Virus record (IMG/VR): IMGVR_UViG_3300020172_001601
Span: 124,001-188,000 of that record
Length of the DNA: 64,000 nt
Direction: 5' to 3' (one strand)
The position numbers and the translations under genes were made by a program. This document shows, one piece after another, positions 47,175 to 57,202 of this stretch; the stretch's first letter is position 1, and each line of letters begins with the position of its first letter. The notes beneath the pieces are model-generated. The model had not been told where the DNA came from. It did no database searches and saw only the letters and a list, made by a program, of their open reading frames with translations.

Positions 47175-48077
47175 ATGGCTACTTCTTCCAAACCGGCTAC
47201 TGGTAAGAATTCGGGTGCTGCTGCTGGCGTTCTCGGCAAACTGGCTGCTCTTGGCAAGCCCGCAAAGCCTGCTTCTTCGGCGAAAGCTACGAAATGGGAA
47301 CTTCCTCTGACGGATGAGGCTATTGCCGATGCCCTTCGGTGGGTCGGTGGCAAAGCTGTGCTTGAGCCGGTTGAGAAGCGAGTGGAACAAGGTCGCAACG
47401 AATTCGGCGAGTACGCTATCGGCGTGATGGCTGAACGTCTATTCGCCAACAAGAGCAAGCCCAGCAATCCGCTGGTCATTCTCAAGAAAGAAGACGGCAA
47501 GACCGCCGATCACCAATTCCAGTTTTCTTTGCAGGACCGATTTAAGAAGTTCGATCTGCCGACCGGCGACGTGGACATTCGTGACCACTTTGTTTCGGCT
47601 CTGACCGGGGTTGGTCTGCACCCGACCGACGCCGAAAAGTTGGTGGATAGTGAGTTGGATTTCTCCCCGACTCCCGAAGTCAAAGACCCGAAGTATTTGC
47701 TGGAAGGTCACTTCGGCGAGAAGCGTGAGTGGATCGAGTCCACTGCTGCTGAGAAGGCCGCAGGGTCTAAACTGGTCGCTTTCCTCGTATGGGACGGAAC
47801 GGGCGATACACCGGAACCCCTGACCCCGGATGAACAGGCCATCGTTATCGAAAGTCGGAACGGCGTGACCGTCAAGGGTGGTTTCTATGACCGGGTGGCA
47901 ACTTATTGCCAGAATGTGCAACAGCTTCTCGGCGTGTTCAAGGTCATCAAGCCAATCTTCGCAATGGGCTTCCTGAAATTTGCCCTGAGCGACACTGAAA
48001 CGGATAAGACCCGTCGTAAGATCGAAGCCGCCGCCGAAATTCTCGGCACAACGACTTCTGATGACAGCGACGACTAA
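47175..48077 (+). CDS. hypothetical protein
   Basis: about 300 aa ORF with GGAG SD and strong codon bias. Confidence 0.75.
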   Translation: MATSSKPATGKNSGAAAGVLGKLAALGKPAKPASSAKATKWELPLTDEAIADALRWVGGKAVLEPVEKRVEQGRNEFGEYAIGVMAERLFANKSKPSNPLVILKKEDGKTADHQFQFSLQDRFKKFDLPTGDVDIRDHFVSALTGVGLHPTDAEKLVDSELDFSPTPEVKDPKYLLEGHFGEKREWIESTAAEKAAGSKLVAFLVWDGTGDTPEPLTPDEQAIVIESRNGVTVKGGFYDRVATYCQNVQQLLGVFKVIKPIFAMGFLKFALSDTETDKTRRKIEAAAEILGTTTSDDSDD

Positions 48078-48119
48078 AGTTCGGGTAGAGGTCGGAAACG
48101 GACTTCGGCCACGGTTGAG

Positions 48120-48157
48120 GCCCCCGGTCAGGTAAAATTGACCGGGGGCTTTTTTTT
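48120..48157 (+). terminator. intrinsic terminator
   Basis: gcccccggtca/tgaccgggggc stem followed by T8. Confidence 0.85.
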
Positions 48158-48219
48158 GTTTGCCGACAAGATAAATAGGGGAGCAATTCAAGTCTATAAT
48201 ACTCCTGTAGGGGCTGCAT

Positions 48220-48822
48220 ATGTTCTGTAAATTCATCAAGACCCTATTGGAGAAATTATCTATGGGATTATTCAAAAGTCGTAACGTACTGCGTATTTCG
48301 CCAACAGATTGGCGAGATAATTACATTTGCAACAAGTTTGCGGCAGGCGAAAATGTCAACATTGAACTTGAAGACGGTCCTCACGGTGAACAATTGGTCA
48401 TCACGGCCAATAAGAGCCAAGGCCGAAAAGTTCGAGTTCTGACCGAGAGCGGAGTAGTAGACTCGGATGAGTATCTAGTTTTAGTTGACGCCAGCAAGAA
48501 TCATGTTGCTGTTACTTTGCCGCCGACCCGTGACTACCTGGGTCAGTTGCATATTGTCTGCGTGGACCCTAGCAATGGTATTGAGTTACTTCCAAATGGC
48601 TCAACATCTAATGTTATATTCGACGTAAGTAATGTAACATTCAATGCTAAGGGTGACGCTATAACCCTAGTCAGTGACCGAGGCACTTCGCTACCACCTG
48701 TTGACCCTGATGAAGACCCGTCAGATGCAGTTTTGTCTGCACTAGACGTGGAATTCATTGAAACGATTACGCCGGGAACATGGTATGTGGTTGGGCGATA
48801 TGCCGCACTTTGGTATGCCTAA
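48220..48822 (+). CDS. hypothetical beta-rich protein
   Basis: 200 aa ORF. Confidence 0.65.
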   Translation: MFCKFIKTLLEKLSMGLFKSRNVLRISPTDWRDNYICNKFAAGENVNIELEDGPHGEQLVITANKSQGRKVRVLTESGVVDSDEYLVLVDASKNHVAVTLPPTRDYLGQLHIVCVDPSNGIELLPNGSTSNVIFDVSNVTFNAKGDAITLVSDRGTSLPPVDPDEDPSDAVLSALDVEFIETITPGTWYVVGRYAALWYA

Positions 48823-48824
48823 AA

Positions 48825-49481
48825 ATGAAGTGGTATCCGAAAATGTTCGGAACGTACAGTGAAGATACGCCGTGGGGCGATCATTGTATAGCGTTTAACA
48901 AGCTGGACGGCTCGAATCTTCGATTCGAGTGGAATCGTAAACAAGGTTGGTACAAGTTCGGCACACGGAACAGGATGTTCGACCGTAGTGATAAAGAGTA
49001 TGGTCATGCTATTGATATATTCTTAAACAAATACGGCGAGGGTTTGTCTAAGGTAATGACGGACAAGTTTGCTAAGGTAGAATCAGCGATTGCATACGCT
49101 GAGTACCTGGGGCCGGTTAGTTTTGGTGGGTTACATGACGCTCTGTATATGCAACAAATTGGGCATTTGGCAGAAGGCGTCTCGAACGATCCTAAAGATG
49201 TAGTATTGTTTGATTTCAACCCCCATAAGCGAGGGTTTCTGTCACCCGTTGAATTCATTAAACATTTCTCGCATTTGCATATCCCTGCAATAATCTACGA
49301 AGGCAGATTCACGAAAGAATTCGTAGAAGATATTCGGGCGGGGAAATATCCAGTATTTGAAGGGATCGTCGCCAAGGGCGGCGAGGGGCATAAACTCTGG
49401 ATGAGGAAGGTCAAGACAAATGCCTATCTAGCCGAAATTCGGCGAGTGTTCGGCACTGGTTGGCAAGACCATTGGGAATAG
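48825..49481 (+). CDS. polynucleotide ligase-like nucleotidyltransferase (Rnl2-like)
   Basis: NKLDGSN motif I, KFGTR, AEY, LFD, FEGIVAK, MRKVK. Confidence 0.7.
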   Translation: MKWYPKMFGTYSEDTPWGDHCIAFNKLDGSNLRFEWNRKQGWYKFGTRNRMFDRSDKEYGHAIDIFLNKYGEGLSKVMTDKFAKVESAIAYAEYLGPVSFGGLHDALYMQQIGHLAEGVSNDPKDVVLFDFNPHKRGFLSPVEFIKHFSHLHIPAIIYEGRFTKEFVEDIRAGKYPVFEGIVAKGGEGHKLWMRKVKTNAYLAEIRRVFGTGWQDHWE

Positions 49482-49536
49482 TTTGCTTTACAGCATGAGT
49501 GGGCTGTGGTATAATTCTTGCACAAGGGAGATTGTC

Positions 49537-49710
49537 ATGGCAATGGTCAAGCGTTTGCTCGAAGATTATTGTGAAGCAATGCACCCGGATGATTTCGACG
49601 CACAAGACCAATTGTTTGAAGCCATTTGTGATGGCACCGTGCAGCCTTCTCTTGAAGAGATGCAAGCCGTCATTGCCGTTTACAAAGAAAAAACCATCGA
49701 GCAGACATGA
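49537..49710 (+). CDS. hypothetical protein
   Basis: GGGAG SD, downstream of a promoter. Confidence 0.6.
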   Translation: MAMVKRLLEDYCEAMHPDDFDAQDQLFEAICDGTVQPSLEEMQAVIAVYKEKTIEQT

Positions 49711-49994
49711 AACTCAAGGATGGCATCATCGAGCTACCTCTCACGGGTGAATGCAAGATTAACGTCAAGCATATTACCCGCTGCTTCGGGTTCAGCATCA
49801 TATCACGATGGCATGACGAATACCGGCTGTGCAATCAGCGGGCCGGTATCAAGGTAACAATATCCAAAGAAGACGCCATCGCCCTCATTGCCAACCTTGA
49901 ATTGCACGAAGTCCCCTGCTCCATCTTCGCCAACGCATCCACCTTCATGACCGCCAAACGACTTCAGCGAGCTAATAATGAACGTCCTGATTAG
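49707..49994 (+). CDS. hypothetical protein
   Basis: ATGA overlap. Confidence 0.6.
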   Translation: MKLKDGIIELPLTGECKINVKHITRCFGFSIISRWHDEYRLCNQRAGIKVTISKEDAIALIANLELHEVPCSIFANASTFMTAKRLQRANNERPD

Positions 49995-50601
49995 CTATGA
50001 CCTCGATTCCTGCACTGCCAGCATCACCGCTGACTCGACACTGACTGAAGTGGCATTTGCAGTGGAGTCGGTAGCCAGTCACTTCCTGGGGCGTGGCGTC
50101 AACCGATTTGACTGCACTCGCACTCGCCAGGAAAATGGCAATTGTGTTCTGACATTCAAGGCTCTCAAGAAGTCGGGGCCGATGGTACTTTCCAAAGTCG
50201 GTTCTATTGGATACGCCGTGGAGGAAAATCTCTTCCCACGAAATATCCCGGCCAGTGAGAATTTCCAATTGGAAGAGAAGGGCTTCGAGAAGATCGTTTC
50301 CGAGGGCCAGCACAAGCACGGCAGTATGGTCGTGGGTCGCAAGAAAGACGGCAGCGACACTACTTCCATCATCGAGTCTTTTCTGCTTCGTCCCGAACTG
50401 CCCTTTGCCATTCTCACCTATGGCTTGGGTGATATGTTCACAGGACTCTTCGCCCTGAAATGCAATTATGTGAAATGGCAGGGATCGCTCAATAAAGTTC
50501 AGTTGTATATTCGTCACAATCTGACGGATGAACGTCTGAAACAATTCCTGCTGTCCGACTCCGATTACAATGTCAAACAGAAGGTGTCAACTCTATCATG
50601 A
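49978..50601 (+). CDS. hypothetical protein
   Basis: 207 aa ORF. Confidence 0.7.
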   Translation: MNVLISYDLDSCTASITADSTLTEVAFAVESVASHFLGRGVNRFDCTRTRQENGNCVLTFKALKKSGPMVLSKVGSIGYAVEENLFPRNIPASENFQLEEKGFEKIVSEGQHKHGSMVVGRKKDGSDTTSIIESFLLRPELPFAILTYGLGDMFTGLFALKCNYVKWQGSLNKVQLYIRHNLTDERLKQFLLSDSDYNVKQKVSTLS

Positions 50602-51248
50602 TCGAAACAGCACTCAGCGCAGCGATAGCGGCGGCTCCGACTAACAAGGCCAAGGCCCAGGTTGTATGGGATCATTATGTAAGTCGGCAACTGCCGCCTG
50701 CGGAACTTGCTGACGATCCAGAAATGCCTAATGGCAAAAGAATGGTGGTCGGCACCCTCGAACCCAATTGGGTGCATTTTGGATATGCACTTATTCAGAA
50801 GTTTGTCTCTGACGAAAAGCTGGATGCTGATGAACTTGAACTGGTGGATCAGATCATCGCCAGCCACTCTCTTAAAGACGGGCATACCGTTCCAGCATTC
50901 CCCGGCCAACCCAAGAGTCCCATGAGGATTATCCATGATGGTTGGAAGGCAGGCACGCCGACCTGGATATTCATGGGTCGTGCATTTACGCCGAAGAGTG
51001 CTATCCACTTGGGCGGCGGTTGGGTTGCAGTGCAGCGCACTATCCCCGACGAGTTCTACAAGGACATGGACAAGCAAGCCGCTCCTGCAACGCTGTGGAT
51101 GGCGTATAACGCAAATCAGCAGATGGGACTCACAGCCCTGACTTCCAATGTCGTCGGCCCGGCAGTGTCGTTTAATCAACTCTGGGATGCAGTTGATGCC
51201 GAATATGGCCCTCTGTATAAAACCGGGGCCAATGAAGAGTACGCTTAA
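50598..51248 (+). CDS. hypothetical protein
   Basis: ATGA overlap, 216 aa. Confidence 0.7.
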   Translation: MIETALSAAIAAAPTNKAKAQVVWDHYVSRQLPPAELADDPEMPNGKRMVVGTLEPNWVHFGYALIQKFVSDEKLDADELELVDQIIASHSLKDGHTVPAFPGQPKSPMRIIHDGWKAGTPTWIFMGRAFTPKSAIHLGGGWVAVQRTIPDEFYKDMDKQAAPATLWMAYNANQQMGLTALTSNVVGPAVSFNQLWDAVDAEYGPLYKTGANEEYA

Positions 51249-51425
51249 CCGAGCCACTTGGGTAGGAAATACCCAAGAAGCACCGTGCCAATAATCACGG
51301 CGATATAAACGAAGTCTTCCCAATAAGACGCACCGTATGGTTCTGGTGCGTTTTTGTCATAGTTGTCCATGAGGGTATCTATTCGGATAATTTACAAAGT
51401 CGTTGATGCGTGGTAGAATCAAGAC

Positions 51426-52061
51426 ATGATTCAAAATCTACGACTATCTGGCGATCTCAAGTTTGGACAGTACAAGGGAATATCTTGTAATGTCCAACTT
51501 CAGATTGATATTCACGAAGATGATGATTGGGCAGAACCAGACCCCAATTACAATCCAGCCAATTACACCGATGGCGTTCGTGTCGTCGGTGAATTTTCTT
51601 TTGATACGTCGCCAATTGGCTGGAATGACAAGCATCCGATAAAGCCCAATGCTGTTGGCGAACTATTGGTTCGTGATGGCGAAGATAGTTCTAAACTGAA
51701 TATCCTTGTCACTGAAAAATCTGGTGAGGCCGATGTTATTCCCAAGAAAGTGAAGCGTTACTTTTGGCAATTCTTTGTCATTGGCAAGCCATCTTGGGAT
51801 AAACTCAACATCTTTCCAGAGAACTACAGAGGCGTCCAAAACATGAACCGTGTTTATGCCTGTACTAATTTTCGAGGATATTGGCCAGTTGGCGTTGCAT
51901 CGGTAATAATTGCTGCCGATAAACGTGAGGCTCGTCGCTTGCTGGATCAGAAACTTCAAGAGGCAGGCATTCCAGTCGAAGACTGTAATGAATTTGATTT
52001 GACTGAGATTGATCTTCAAGGCAAAGGCGCTGTCATCCTAAACAATGGCGATTGGAAATGA
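51426..52061 (+). CDS. hypothetical protein
   Basis: ATG 6 nt after a -10 box. Confidence 0.65.
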   Translation: MIQNLRLSGDLKFGQYKGISCNVQLQIDIHEDDDWAEPDPNYNPANYTDGVRVVGEFSFDTSPIGWNDKHPIKPNAVGELLVRDGEDSSKLNILVTEKSGEADVIPKKVKRYFWQFFVIGKPSWDKLNIFPENYRGVQNMNRVYACTNFRGYWPVGVASVIIAADKREARRLLDQKLQEAGIPVEDCNEFDLTEIDLQGKGAVILNNGDWK

Positions 52062-52408
52062 GAGTAGCATTTATTTTTAGCGACAAGATGTTGACGCAGT
52101 TCATGCAAGACGCCGATATGTTCGAGCCGTTTAAGGTTCTAATCAAGAACAGCCATGCAATCTTGACGGTAGACTCCTGGGGGTTTGAACAAACCGAGGC
52201 CATCAGAAAGACCTGTGAAGCAAGCAACTATGGTCTGGTGGCTTGTTATAGCATTGACCATATTTACTGGATTGATCCAGCAATCAAAGTGGTCAGCACC
52301 GGAACCAAATGGGCATTGGTTGAAGATTATGTCCGACATTTCCAGCAGGACTTGGCACTTGATAACGACAAAAATAGCGCATGGCATGTAGGACTTCCAA
52401 ATGAGTAG
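52058..52408 (+). CDS. hypothetical protein
   Basis: ATGA overlap; C-terminal KNSAWHVGL. Confidence 0.65.
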   Translation: MRVAFIFSDKMLTQFMQDADMFEPFKVLIKNSHAILTVDSWGFEQTEAIRKTCEASNYGLVACYSIDHIYWIDPAIKVVSTGTKWALVEDYVRHFQQDLALDNDKNSAWHVGLPNE

Positions 52409-52550
52409 TTACGACAGCATATTGAAGTGGGCCAAGGAAGCCAAGGTTTTGCTCCGACAAGGCAATACAGCGGCGGTAAGAACGAATCTTTCCATGATTG
52501 TGGCGCAGGCGAAAGAAGAAGTCGCTCGTCAGAAAAAGGAAAAGAAATGA
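52401..52550 (+). CDS. small hypothetical protein (49 aa, not in the ORF track)
   Basis: overlapping start; helical MSSYDSILKWAKEAKVLL..KKEKK. Confidence 0.5.
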   Translation: MSSYDSILKWAKEAKVLLRQGNTAAVRTNLSMIVAQAKEEVARQKKEKK

Positions 52551-52652
52551 AGTGGCTGGATCAAGCCAAAAGATTGACTTTACAACTCCAAATTATCATG
52601 GTAGAATCTGGCCTGATGGATTACTTTGCCTTTTCCCCCAATCGGAGCAACC

Positions 52653-53150
52653 ATGATTGACTTGGGCAGTAAAGTAAAGGATATGATTACCGGGTTTACC
52701 GGCATTGCGATTGCTCGAACTGAATGGCTATACGGATGCACCCGTATCGTCATCGAATCTCAAGAACTCAAGGACGGCAAACCAGTTGCGCCATCATGGT
52801 TCGATGAACAGCGTGTAGAAGAGATCACGCCGGTTGATGAAACCAAAATTCCTGTCTCAAAGCCTCGCTGTGGCGTAGGCATCCAACTTGGCAATAAAGT
52901 CAAAGATTCCATCACTGGATTCGCTGGCGTAGCAGTCGCCAAGACTATCTGGATTTCGGGAAACGTAACGATCCAGATCGAAGCAACCGCTCTCGAAAAG
53001 AGCGAACCAATCGACGGTCATGCGTTCGAGTACGAGCGTATTGAACTGGTCGAAGAAGCCAAGCCGCCAATGAGCGCAAAGAGTGATCCAAGCAAGCCGG
53101 GCGGTCCCCAAAAAGACCCGGTGCAACGTAATACGGTAGCCATTAAGTGA
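52653..53150 (+). CDS. tandem-duplicated SH3/Tudor-like domain protein
   Basis: LG[SN]KVKD.ITGF.G.A.A.T.W..G repeated twice. Confidence 0.7.
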   Translation: MIDLGSKVKDMITGFTGIAIARTEWLYGCTRIVIESQELKDGKPVAPSWFDEQRVEEITPVDETKIPVSKPRCGVGIQLGNKVKDSITGFAGVAVAKTIWISGNVTIQIEATALEKSEPIDGHAFEYERIELVEEAKPPMSAKSDPSKPGGPQKDPVQRNTVAIK

Positions 53151-53524
53151 CAAAATACTTCGGCGAATCCTGGTCCTATATGACCGAACAGGGTCAGCAT
53201 ATTCCGACTCCAGTTGGATCGGAATGTTGTTGGTGCAACGAAGGCTTCGTTGAAGGCGAACAAGGTTTAGGATTGCCTACAGCATCATTGTCTGTAGGCT
53301 CGACTTCTATGGACAGTGAGATTTTATCTTACTACCATAAGAATTGTTTCCTCCGATCCGTGTTGGGTTCGGTAGGTCATCAAAGAAAGCAATGTAGTTG
53401 CTATGGCGGTACGCTCGAAGACCCGCAGGGGCTATCGCTGAGAGAAGCTGCAAATGCAGCAGTGCGGGAGTACGAAGAAGAAGCCAGGAGAAGTTCCAAT
53501 GAACAGTGTGAAACTTTACAGTAA
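53147..53524 (+). CDS. hypothetical Cys-rich protein
   Basis: CCWC..HKNC..CSC. Confidence 0.65.
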   Translation: MTKYFGESWSYMTEQGQHIPTPVGSECCWCNEGFVEGEQGLGLPTASLSVGSTSMDSEILSYYHKNCFLRSVLGSVGHQRKQCSCYGGTLEDPQGLSLREAANAAVREYEEEARRSSNEQCETLQ

Positions 53525-55526
53525 CGGTTCTGCCGTCATCACCAAGGGCTATCGGCTCAAGGGAAAGGAACCTCTCAAGGTTACGATTCCGGTGAAGAAG
53601 GACGATCTGGACGATGTTGTGTCGTCCCTCAGTGTATTGGGCAATGTGACGTTGCCTGACCCGCCGAACTATACGCCGACCAATTCCAATCCGACGACGC
53701 TTTCCCTTGACGGAAAGAACGTACTGAAGGAATTGGCGACGAAACTTCGGGGCGCTGAAGCCGAGATCACCCAAGGCAATAACGCCGTCAGCAAGGGTCG
53801 GGTGTACGGCATCCAGACCTATCAACAGGAAACCAACGGCTCCGTCTTTGAACGGTTCCGCATTCTCCTGGGAACGGCTGAAGGTATCAAGCAGTTCGAG
53901 GAAGCCGACATTACTTCCTTGAAGTTTACCGACGAATTCGTTCAGTCGGAAATTGACAAGTCCCTCGCAGCCAGCTTTGCGGCCATCAAGCCGGATAGCC
54001 GAAACGTCGATCTGACCATTGTGCCGAATGAAGGTGCTGACGCCGCTGCTGTCTCCTATGCAACGCCTTGTGCGGCATGGAAGACTCGTTACCAGATTCG
54101 ATTGCTCAAGGGCATCGCCACTCTGGAACGTCAGGCTGTTGTGGACAACGACACCGATGATGACTGGAAGGAAGTCACGCTGTCCGTTATCACGGGTGAG
54201 CCGATCAGTTTCTCGACTGACATTGCCGATATTCGTCGTCCGACTCGTAGTCGAGTCAACGTCGTCTCCGACAGTGCAACTGGCGCAGTTGGTGCTGAAG
54301 ACACCATTGTTCCTTCGCAGGTCAGTTTTGCTGATCGTGGCGGTGGTCAGCGTCATGCAAAGGCAATGAGAAGCATGGCCATGCCAGCATCGGCCTCAGC
54401 AGCTTGTAGCTTCGAGTCGGCTCAAGCCGACTATGCACCTGAAGGTGGCATGGAATCTATTGGTGGTTCTTTCAACAATTTGCAGGTTGCTGCTGTGCAG
54501 TCTGCTGATGTTCGTGAGAGCGGCGACTTCTCGGTGTTCACTGCACCGAATCCGGTGACGATTCTCAGTCGCAAGTCGGCCATCATCGGCCTGGGCAATC
54601 TTGCCTTGGAAGATGCCAAGACTGTGCTTCTGTATAAGCCTGCCAAGAACGAACGTCGTCCGTATACGGCGATCAAGTTCAAGAACACCACGCCGAACTC
54701 TCTGAGCAAGGGTGTGTGTGAGGTTTATGTGGATGGCGACCGTCAAGGCAAGTGTGTGTTGGAAAACACCAAGCAGGGCGAAGAAACCTTCTTGGTCCAC
54801 GCTGTCGAAACTGGCGTCAAGGCATTCCGTGATGCTGGCAATGTCGAGTCTCGTCGTATTCGGATTAAGATTGCCGAAGGCGTGGTCTACTGTGAGCAAC
54901 TGACGACTCAGCAGACCAAGTATCGGATTCAGAACAGCAAGGGCGAGGACTTCCAGTTCGAGATCGAACACAACCGCCAATGGGGTGGAAGTAAGCTGAG
55001 TGTGTCCGTCGATGAAGGACAGCAAACTTCCGTCGATACTCCACTTGGATGCCGAGTCAGCACGACTCTGCCTTCCAATGGCACGCTGGTTGTGACTGTG
55101 ACGGAAAAGTTGGTTCAGGAACAGCAATACGGAATCAACCCGTATTGGCTGCAACAGAACTTCGTGATCGTCAATCACCCGCTGGGTCGCAACAAGGGTA
55201 TTCAGGCCGTCATCGAGGCACAGCAAGCCGCCGATGCCGTCCAGAACAGCATCAACGAAGCCGAGGAAGAAGTTTCGACTTTGACCGAGGAACAGGAACG
55301 GTTGGTTGCTTTGATTCCGAGCCTGCACGCTGCTCAAGCCAATACCTCGAAGAACGAGTTGGCTGAAGCCGAAGGTCAGATCAAGACCCTCAAGAAGACG
55401 ACCTTGCCGCAGCTTCGCAAGGACTTGAAGAAGGCCACGGACGCTGTGCAAGCGGCCATGTCGAAGCTGAAGACCGACTGGACGGACGAAGCCGCTCCGA
55501 AGGCCGAAGAAGGCCAGGATAAGTAA
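53499..55526 (+). CDS. DUF4139-like domain protein with C-terminal coiled coil
   Basis: VKLYSNG..DLDDVVSSL; AWKTRYQI; VVDNDTDDDWKEVTLSVITGEP; FSVF..PVTI..KSAII. Confidence 0.7.
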   Translation: MNSVKLYSNGSAVITKGYRLKGKEPLKVTIPVKKDDLDDVVSSLSVLGNVTLPDPPNYTPTNSNPTTLSLDGKNVLKELATKLRGAEAEITQGNNAVSKGRVYGIQTYQQETNGSVFERFRILLGTAEGIKQFEEADITSLKFTDEFVQSEIDKSLAASFAAIKPDSRNVDLTIVPNEGADAAAVSYATPCAAWKTRYQIRLLKGIATLERQAVVDNDTDDDWKEVTLSVITGEPISFSTDIADIRRPTRSRVNVVSDSATGAVGAEDTIVPSQVSFADRGGGQRHAKAMRSMAMPASASAACSFESAQADYAPEGGMESIGGSFNNLQVAAVQSADVRESGDFSVFTAPNPVTILSRKSAIIGLGNLALEDAKTVLLYKPAKNERRPYTAIKFKNTTPNSLSKGVCEVYVDGDRQGKCVLENTKQGEETFLVHAVETGVKAFRDAGNVESRRIRIKIAEGVVYCEQLTTQQTKYRIQNSKGEDFQFEIEHNRQWGGSKLSVSVDEGQQTSVDTPLGCRVSTTLPSNGTLVVTVTEKLVQEQQYGINPYWLQQNFVIVNHPLGRNKGIQAVIEAQQAADAVQNSINEAEEEVSTLTEEQERLVALIPSLHAAQANTSKNELAEAEGQIKTLKKTTLPQLRKDLKKATDAVQAAMSKLKTDWTDEAAPKAEEGQDK

Positions 55527-55541
55527 GGTCCAGAGTTCTGT

Positions 55542-55590
55542 TTTACACGGTGGGACGGCAGTGGTATAATCCGCTGCCGTCCCTTTTTTT
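55542..55590 (+). promoter_or_regulatory. overlapping terminator and promoter, with TATAAT forming the hairpin loop
   Basis: TTTACA-17-TATAAT; gggacggcagtgg/ccgctgccgtccc stem followed by T7. Confidence 0.8.
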
Positions 55591-55603
55591 ATGGACATAC
55601 GAC

Positions 55604-56230
55604 ATGCAAACGTGGCTTGAACCAATCAATTTTGTCGGATCACCATCACAAAGTCCTTTGTGTGCTGTATTGGTTAGAATACGCTGGTACTTGCAACAGA
55701 ACAAAAGCAAGTTTGACCATGCCGATTTTGAACGCATGAATGATGCGGTTCGTGATCCAGTTTATATTGCGGCTCGTGTGTCTCCTGGGAACCTTAGAGA
55801 ATATTCTGCCAACATAGATGCTGATGTATATGGCAGCGAAGTTGTGAGAACAGAACAGGATCGACTAGAGTTGCCTCGACTTATTCAAAATAGTTTGAGC
55901 GAGATCAACGAAGTGATGGGCGACCAAATCGAATGGTGTTTGCCGCTGATTGACCCTGAATTGAATTTGCCACAAGCAGTTAATTTTGTTCAAGGACTAA
56001 GAGGCCAAAACTGGCTCTCCATTCATGTCATATGTGATATTGATTTGAAACGCTTTTTCGGATACACAAGGAATGTCACGTTTTCAACGGAGACAGAATT
56101 TGTGGCGATGAATGTTATGTCCGAAGCGATGGAAACACTCCGGTCTAAATCGACCGAACTATCGCTTCCTAACCCTCTTCAGCCTAATTCCAATACCTGG
56201 AATTTGGGCATTGGCAATTCACTAAAATGA
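55604..56230 (+). CDS. hypothetical protein
   Basis: 208 aa ORF. Confidence 0.65.
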   Translation: MQTWLEPINFVGSPSQSPLCAVLVRIRWYLQQNKSKFDHADFERMNDAVRDPVYIAARVSPGNLREYSANIDADVYGSEVVRTEQDRLELPRLIQNSLSEINEVMGDQIEWCLPLIDPELNLPQAVNFVQGLRGQNWLSIHVICDIDLKRFFGYTRNVTFSTETEFVAMNVMSEAMETLRSKSTELSLPNPLQPNSNTWNLGIGNSLK

Positions 56231-56571
56231 TCGGTTTCATCATGGCTTCAGTCCAATTGAATGATGCAGACATTCTGGACGAGTACAACAATGGTTGCTG
56301 GCTGTTGCTCAATATCGGAGATAAATCTGATATGATCTGCGATGGCAAACACATTCAAGTTCGAGATCGCAAAGCCTTGGTCGATGAAATGATTTTTGGA
56401 CAAAGAGACAGACTCGCATTGCGAGTAACCTATATGAGTGAGGATGGCGATGGCGATGTTGAGGGAGACAATGTGGCTACGTCGCCTGTATTGGCGAATC
56501 CAAAATTGGTGGCTGGTCAATACGTCGGTCAAACTTCAATTAAAAGTTTTGAAGGGCGACTATCCGAATAA
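56227..56571 (+). CDS. hypothetical protein
   Basis: ATGA overlap. Confidence 0.6.
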   Translation: MIGFIMASVQLNDADILDEYNNGCWLLLNIGDKSDMICDGKHIQVRDRKALVDEMIFGQRDRLALRVTYMSEDGDGDVEGDNVATSPVLANPKLVAGQYVGQTSIKSFEGRLSE

Positions 56572-57202
56572 CACTCGGCATATTCATGAGCCAGGAAAAG
56601 GAAGAACTCAGACAGTTGTTGTTGAGGTTCAACCGGGCAAAAGAATGGTTCTTGCTGGTGATGAACCAATATGCCTATATTTTCCATATACCTATTTTTT
56701 GGTTAGGTATATGGAATCCATATCACCAAATGGCAAAACGTATGTTGCGACGGCTCCGGCGTGTATTGGCTTTAGTGCTGATCGGCTTGAATCAACCAAT
56801 GGCACGGTCGGCAGATTACCATTGAGCAACTATGCAGAAGGTTATTCTTTTTGTTTAGGCTCTGGTTCGCCGAGCATTGGGCCATATAAATCAGTAAGGG
56901 AATTAGTTGAAGCCCACATGAATGCGTTTTGGAAATCGTCTTTTCAAATGCACTCACATGATTGTGAAGAATGGATTCTGGCAACTAAGGCGTCTGTTGG
57001 CGCACCCTGCGTTAAAAGATTTATTGATCGCCGTGATCGGATGGTCATCCACGAATTGATGGGAGTGTCAAAAAATGAGCAGTTCTTCGACTATCAATCA
57101 GAACCCGCAAAGCCAAAGCCAGAACCCGCAGAACCAGAACGTCCGAGTAGGGACCAGCCTCATCGTCGTAAAAAACGGAAGGGTTCTCGTCGGAAGGCGT
57201 AA
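56471..57202 (+). CDS. hypothetical protein, possible prokaryotic E2 family D-like fold
   Basis: VVVEVQP..YFPYTYF..LPLSN..CLG..FWKSSF; paralogous to 62863-63534; start uncertain. Confidence 0.45.
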   Translation: MWLRRLYWRIQNWWLVNTSVKLQLKVLKGDYPNNTRHIHEPGKGRTQTVVVEVQPGKRMVLAGDEPICLYFPYTYFLVRYMESISPNGKTYVATAPACIGFSADRLESTNGTVGRLPLSNYAEGYSFCLGSGSPSIGPYKSVRELVEAHMNAFWKSSFQMHSHDCEEWILATKASVGAPCVKRFIDRRDRMVIHELMGVSKNEQFFDYQSEPAKPKPEPAEPERPSRDQPHRRKKRKGSRRKA

